Source of the DNA: an uncultured Clostridia bacterium
GTDB taxonomy: Bacteria > Bacillota > Clostridia > TANB77 > CAG-508
Reading direction: 5' to 3'
DNA length: 64,000 bases
Assembly (NCBI GenBank): GCA_934167755.1
Contig: CAKPLT010000001.1
Span: 161,753 to 225,752, forward strand
Below are positions 62,948-64,000 of this stretch, in pieces. Positions within the stretch are counted from its first letter, which is position 1; each line of letters starts with the position of its first letter. Under the pieces are notes generated by a model. The model was given only the letters and a program-made list of their open reading frames with translations, did no database searches and was not told the origin of the DNA. Position numbers and translations under genes: made by a program.

Positions 62948-64000
62948 AAGAAATATTATATCTGAGAGTGATAATTCAACAGTATTAACAGAATATAAGC
63001 CATTAGAAAGAAAAGAAACATCATATCAAAGTGAAGCAGAACTTGAGAAAAATTTTATTAAAATATTGCAAGAGCAATCTTATGAATATTTAAATATAAA
63101 TAATGAAAAAGATTTAATAAAAAATCTAAAAGAGAAATTAGAAAAACTAAATAAAATTAAATTTACAGATAAAGAGTGGGAAGATTTATTTAATAACATT
63201 ATTGCTAATCCCAATGATGGAATAATAGAGAAAACAAAAAAAATTCAAGAAGATTATAAGCAAATATTAACATTAGAAAATGGAGAATTAAGAAATATTT
63301 ATTTAATAGATAAAGATAATATTCATAATAATAGCGTTCAAGTAATTAATCAATATGAAGTAGAAACGGATAAAAGAAAAAATAGATATGACGTTACGAT
63401 TTTAGTGAATGGACTCCCTATGGTTCATGTAGAACTGAAAAGAAGAGGTGTTGAATTAAGACAAGCCTTTAATCAAATAGAGAGATATCAAAGAGATTCA
63501 TTTTGGTACAATTCTGGATTATATAATTATGTTCAAATATTTGTTATAAGTAATGGGACATTTACTAAGTATTATTCAAATACTACAAGATATAAACATC
63601 TTGATGGAAAAACTGTAAAAAAGTCTAATTCATTTGAATTTACATCATATTGGGCAGATCAAAATAATAATGGGATTTGTGATTTGGAAGATTTTGCAAG
63701 AACTTTCTTTAGCAAAAGAACATTACTAAATATAATAACTAAATATTGCATTCTTACTTCTGAAGAAGATTTATTAGTAATGAGACCATATCAAATTACA
63801 GCAACAGAAAAAATAATAAATAAAATAGAAATAGCAAATAATTACAATGAATATGGAACAATTGAAGGTGGTGGCTATATATGGCATACAACTGGATCAG
63901 GAAAAACATTGACTTCTTTTAAAACAGCTCAAATAGCAAGTAAGCTTGAATATATAGATAAGGTTATATTTGTAGTAGATAGAAAAGATTTGGATTATCA
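62937..64000 (+). CDS. hsdR: Type I restriction enzyme R subunit (system 2), N-terminal part; continues beyond the window
   Basis: RYDVTILVNGLPMVHVELK nuclease motif; MRPYQITATE...HTTGSGKTLTSF helicase motif I. Open to the window end. Confidence 0.88.
   Translation, partial: MENKRNIISESDNSTVLTEYKPLERKETSYQSEAELEKNFIKILQEQSYEYLNINNEKDLIKNLKEKLEKLNKIKFTDKEWEDLFNNIIANPNDGIIEKTKKIQEDYKQILTLENGELRNIYLIDKDNIHNNSVQVINQYEVETDKRKNRYDVTILVNGLPMVHVELKRRGVELRQAFNQIERYQRDSFWYNSGLYNYVQIFVISNGTFTKYYSNTTRYKHLDGKTVKKSNSFEFTSYWADQNNNGICDLEDFARTFFSKRTLLNIITKYCILTSEEDLLVMRPYQITATEKIINKIEIANNYNEYGTIEGGGYIWHTTGSGKTLTSFKTAQIASKLEYIDKVIFVVDRKDLDY

Overview
AT-rich (roughly 27% GC) Firmicute window, Clostridium-like by gene content and codon usage. 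Positions 1-25.7 kb are mostly housekeeping: two pseudouridine synthases (RluD- and RluB-like), ClpE-like ATPase, pgsA, hsp20, pyrG, a CIRCE-controlled groES-groEL, and tRNA-Arg(TCT), tRNA-Leu(CAA) and tRNA-Arg(ACG). The far left end holds a partial radical SAM gene, a large serine recombinase whose catalytic N-terminus is frameshifted, and an abutting 5'-truncated polysaccharide deacetylase. From the initiator tRNA-fMet (25702-25777, minus strand) to the window end the sequence is a composite defence/mobile island. It contains, in order: (i) two overlapping paralogous large proteins, each with an internal PemK/MazF-like domain; (ii) a tightly coupled four-gene operon encoding a gamma-class N6-adenine methyltransferase, an MORC/MutL-like GHKL ATPase fused to a histidine-kinase core, a stand-alone receiver (REC) protein and an HNH endonuclease; this is my candidate for the undescribed system; (iii) a NUDIX/ASCH/SAM-methyltransferase/def cluster; (iv) Type I R-M system 1 (hsdR, hsdM), whose convergent hsdS is split by a T8 homopolymer, next to a tyrosine recombinase and an opposite-strand half hsdS (phase-variation locus); (v) integrative element 1 (integrase, Zn-ribbon protein, two Xis-like HTH proteins, P4-type primase-helicase, Fic, surface protein, FtsK-like ATPase with an in-frame TAA); (vi) a diverged 3' half of tRNA-fMet (att-like) preceded by a strongly A+C-skewed tract; (vii) integrative element 2 (homologous integrase and Zn-ribbon module, Xis, replisome organiser, DnaC-like loader) carrying Type I R-M system 2, which has a PrrC-like ATPase/anticodon-nuclease candidate between hsdS and hsdR and a 3 x 12-bp tandem repeat in the hsdS spacer-length region. 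No CRISPR array, CRISPR repeat or rRNA was seen.
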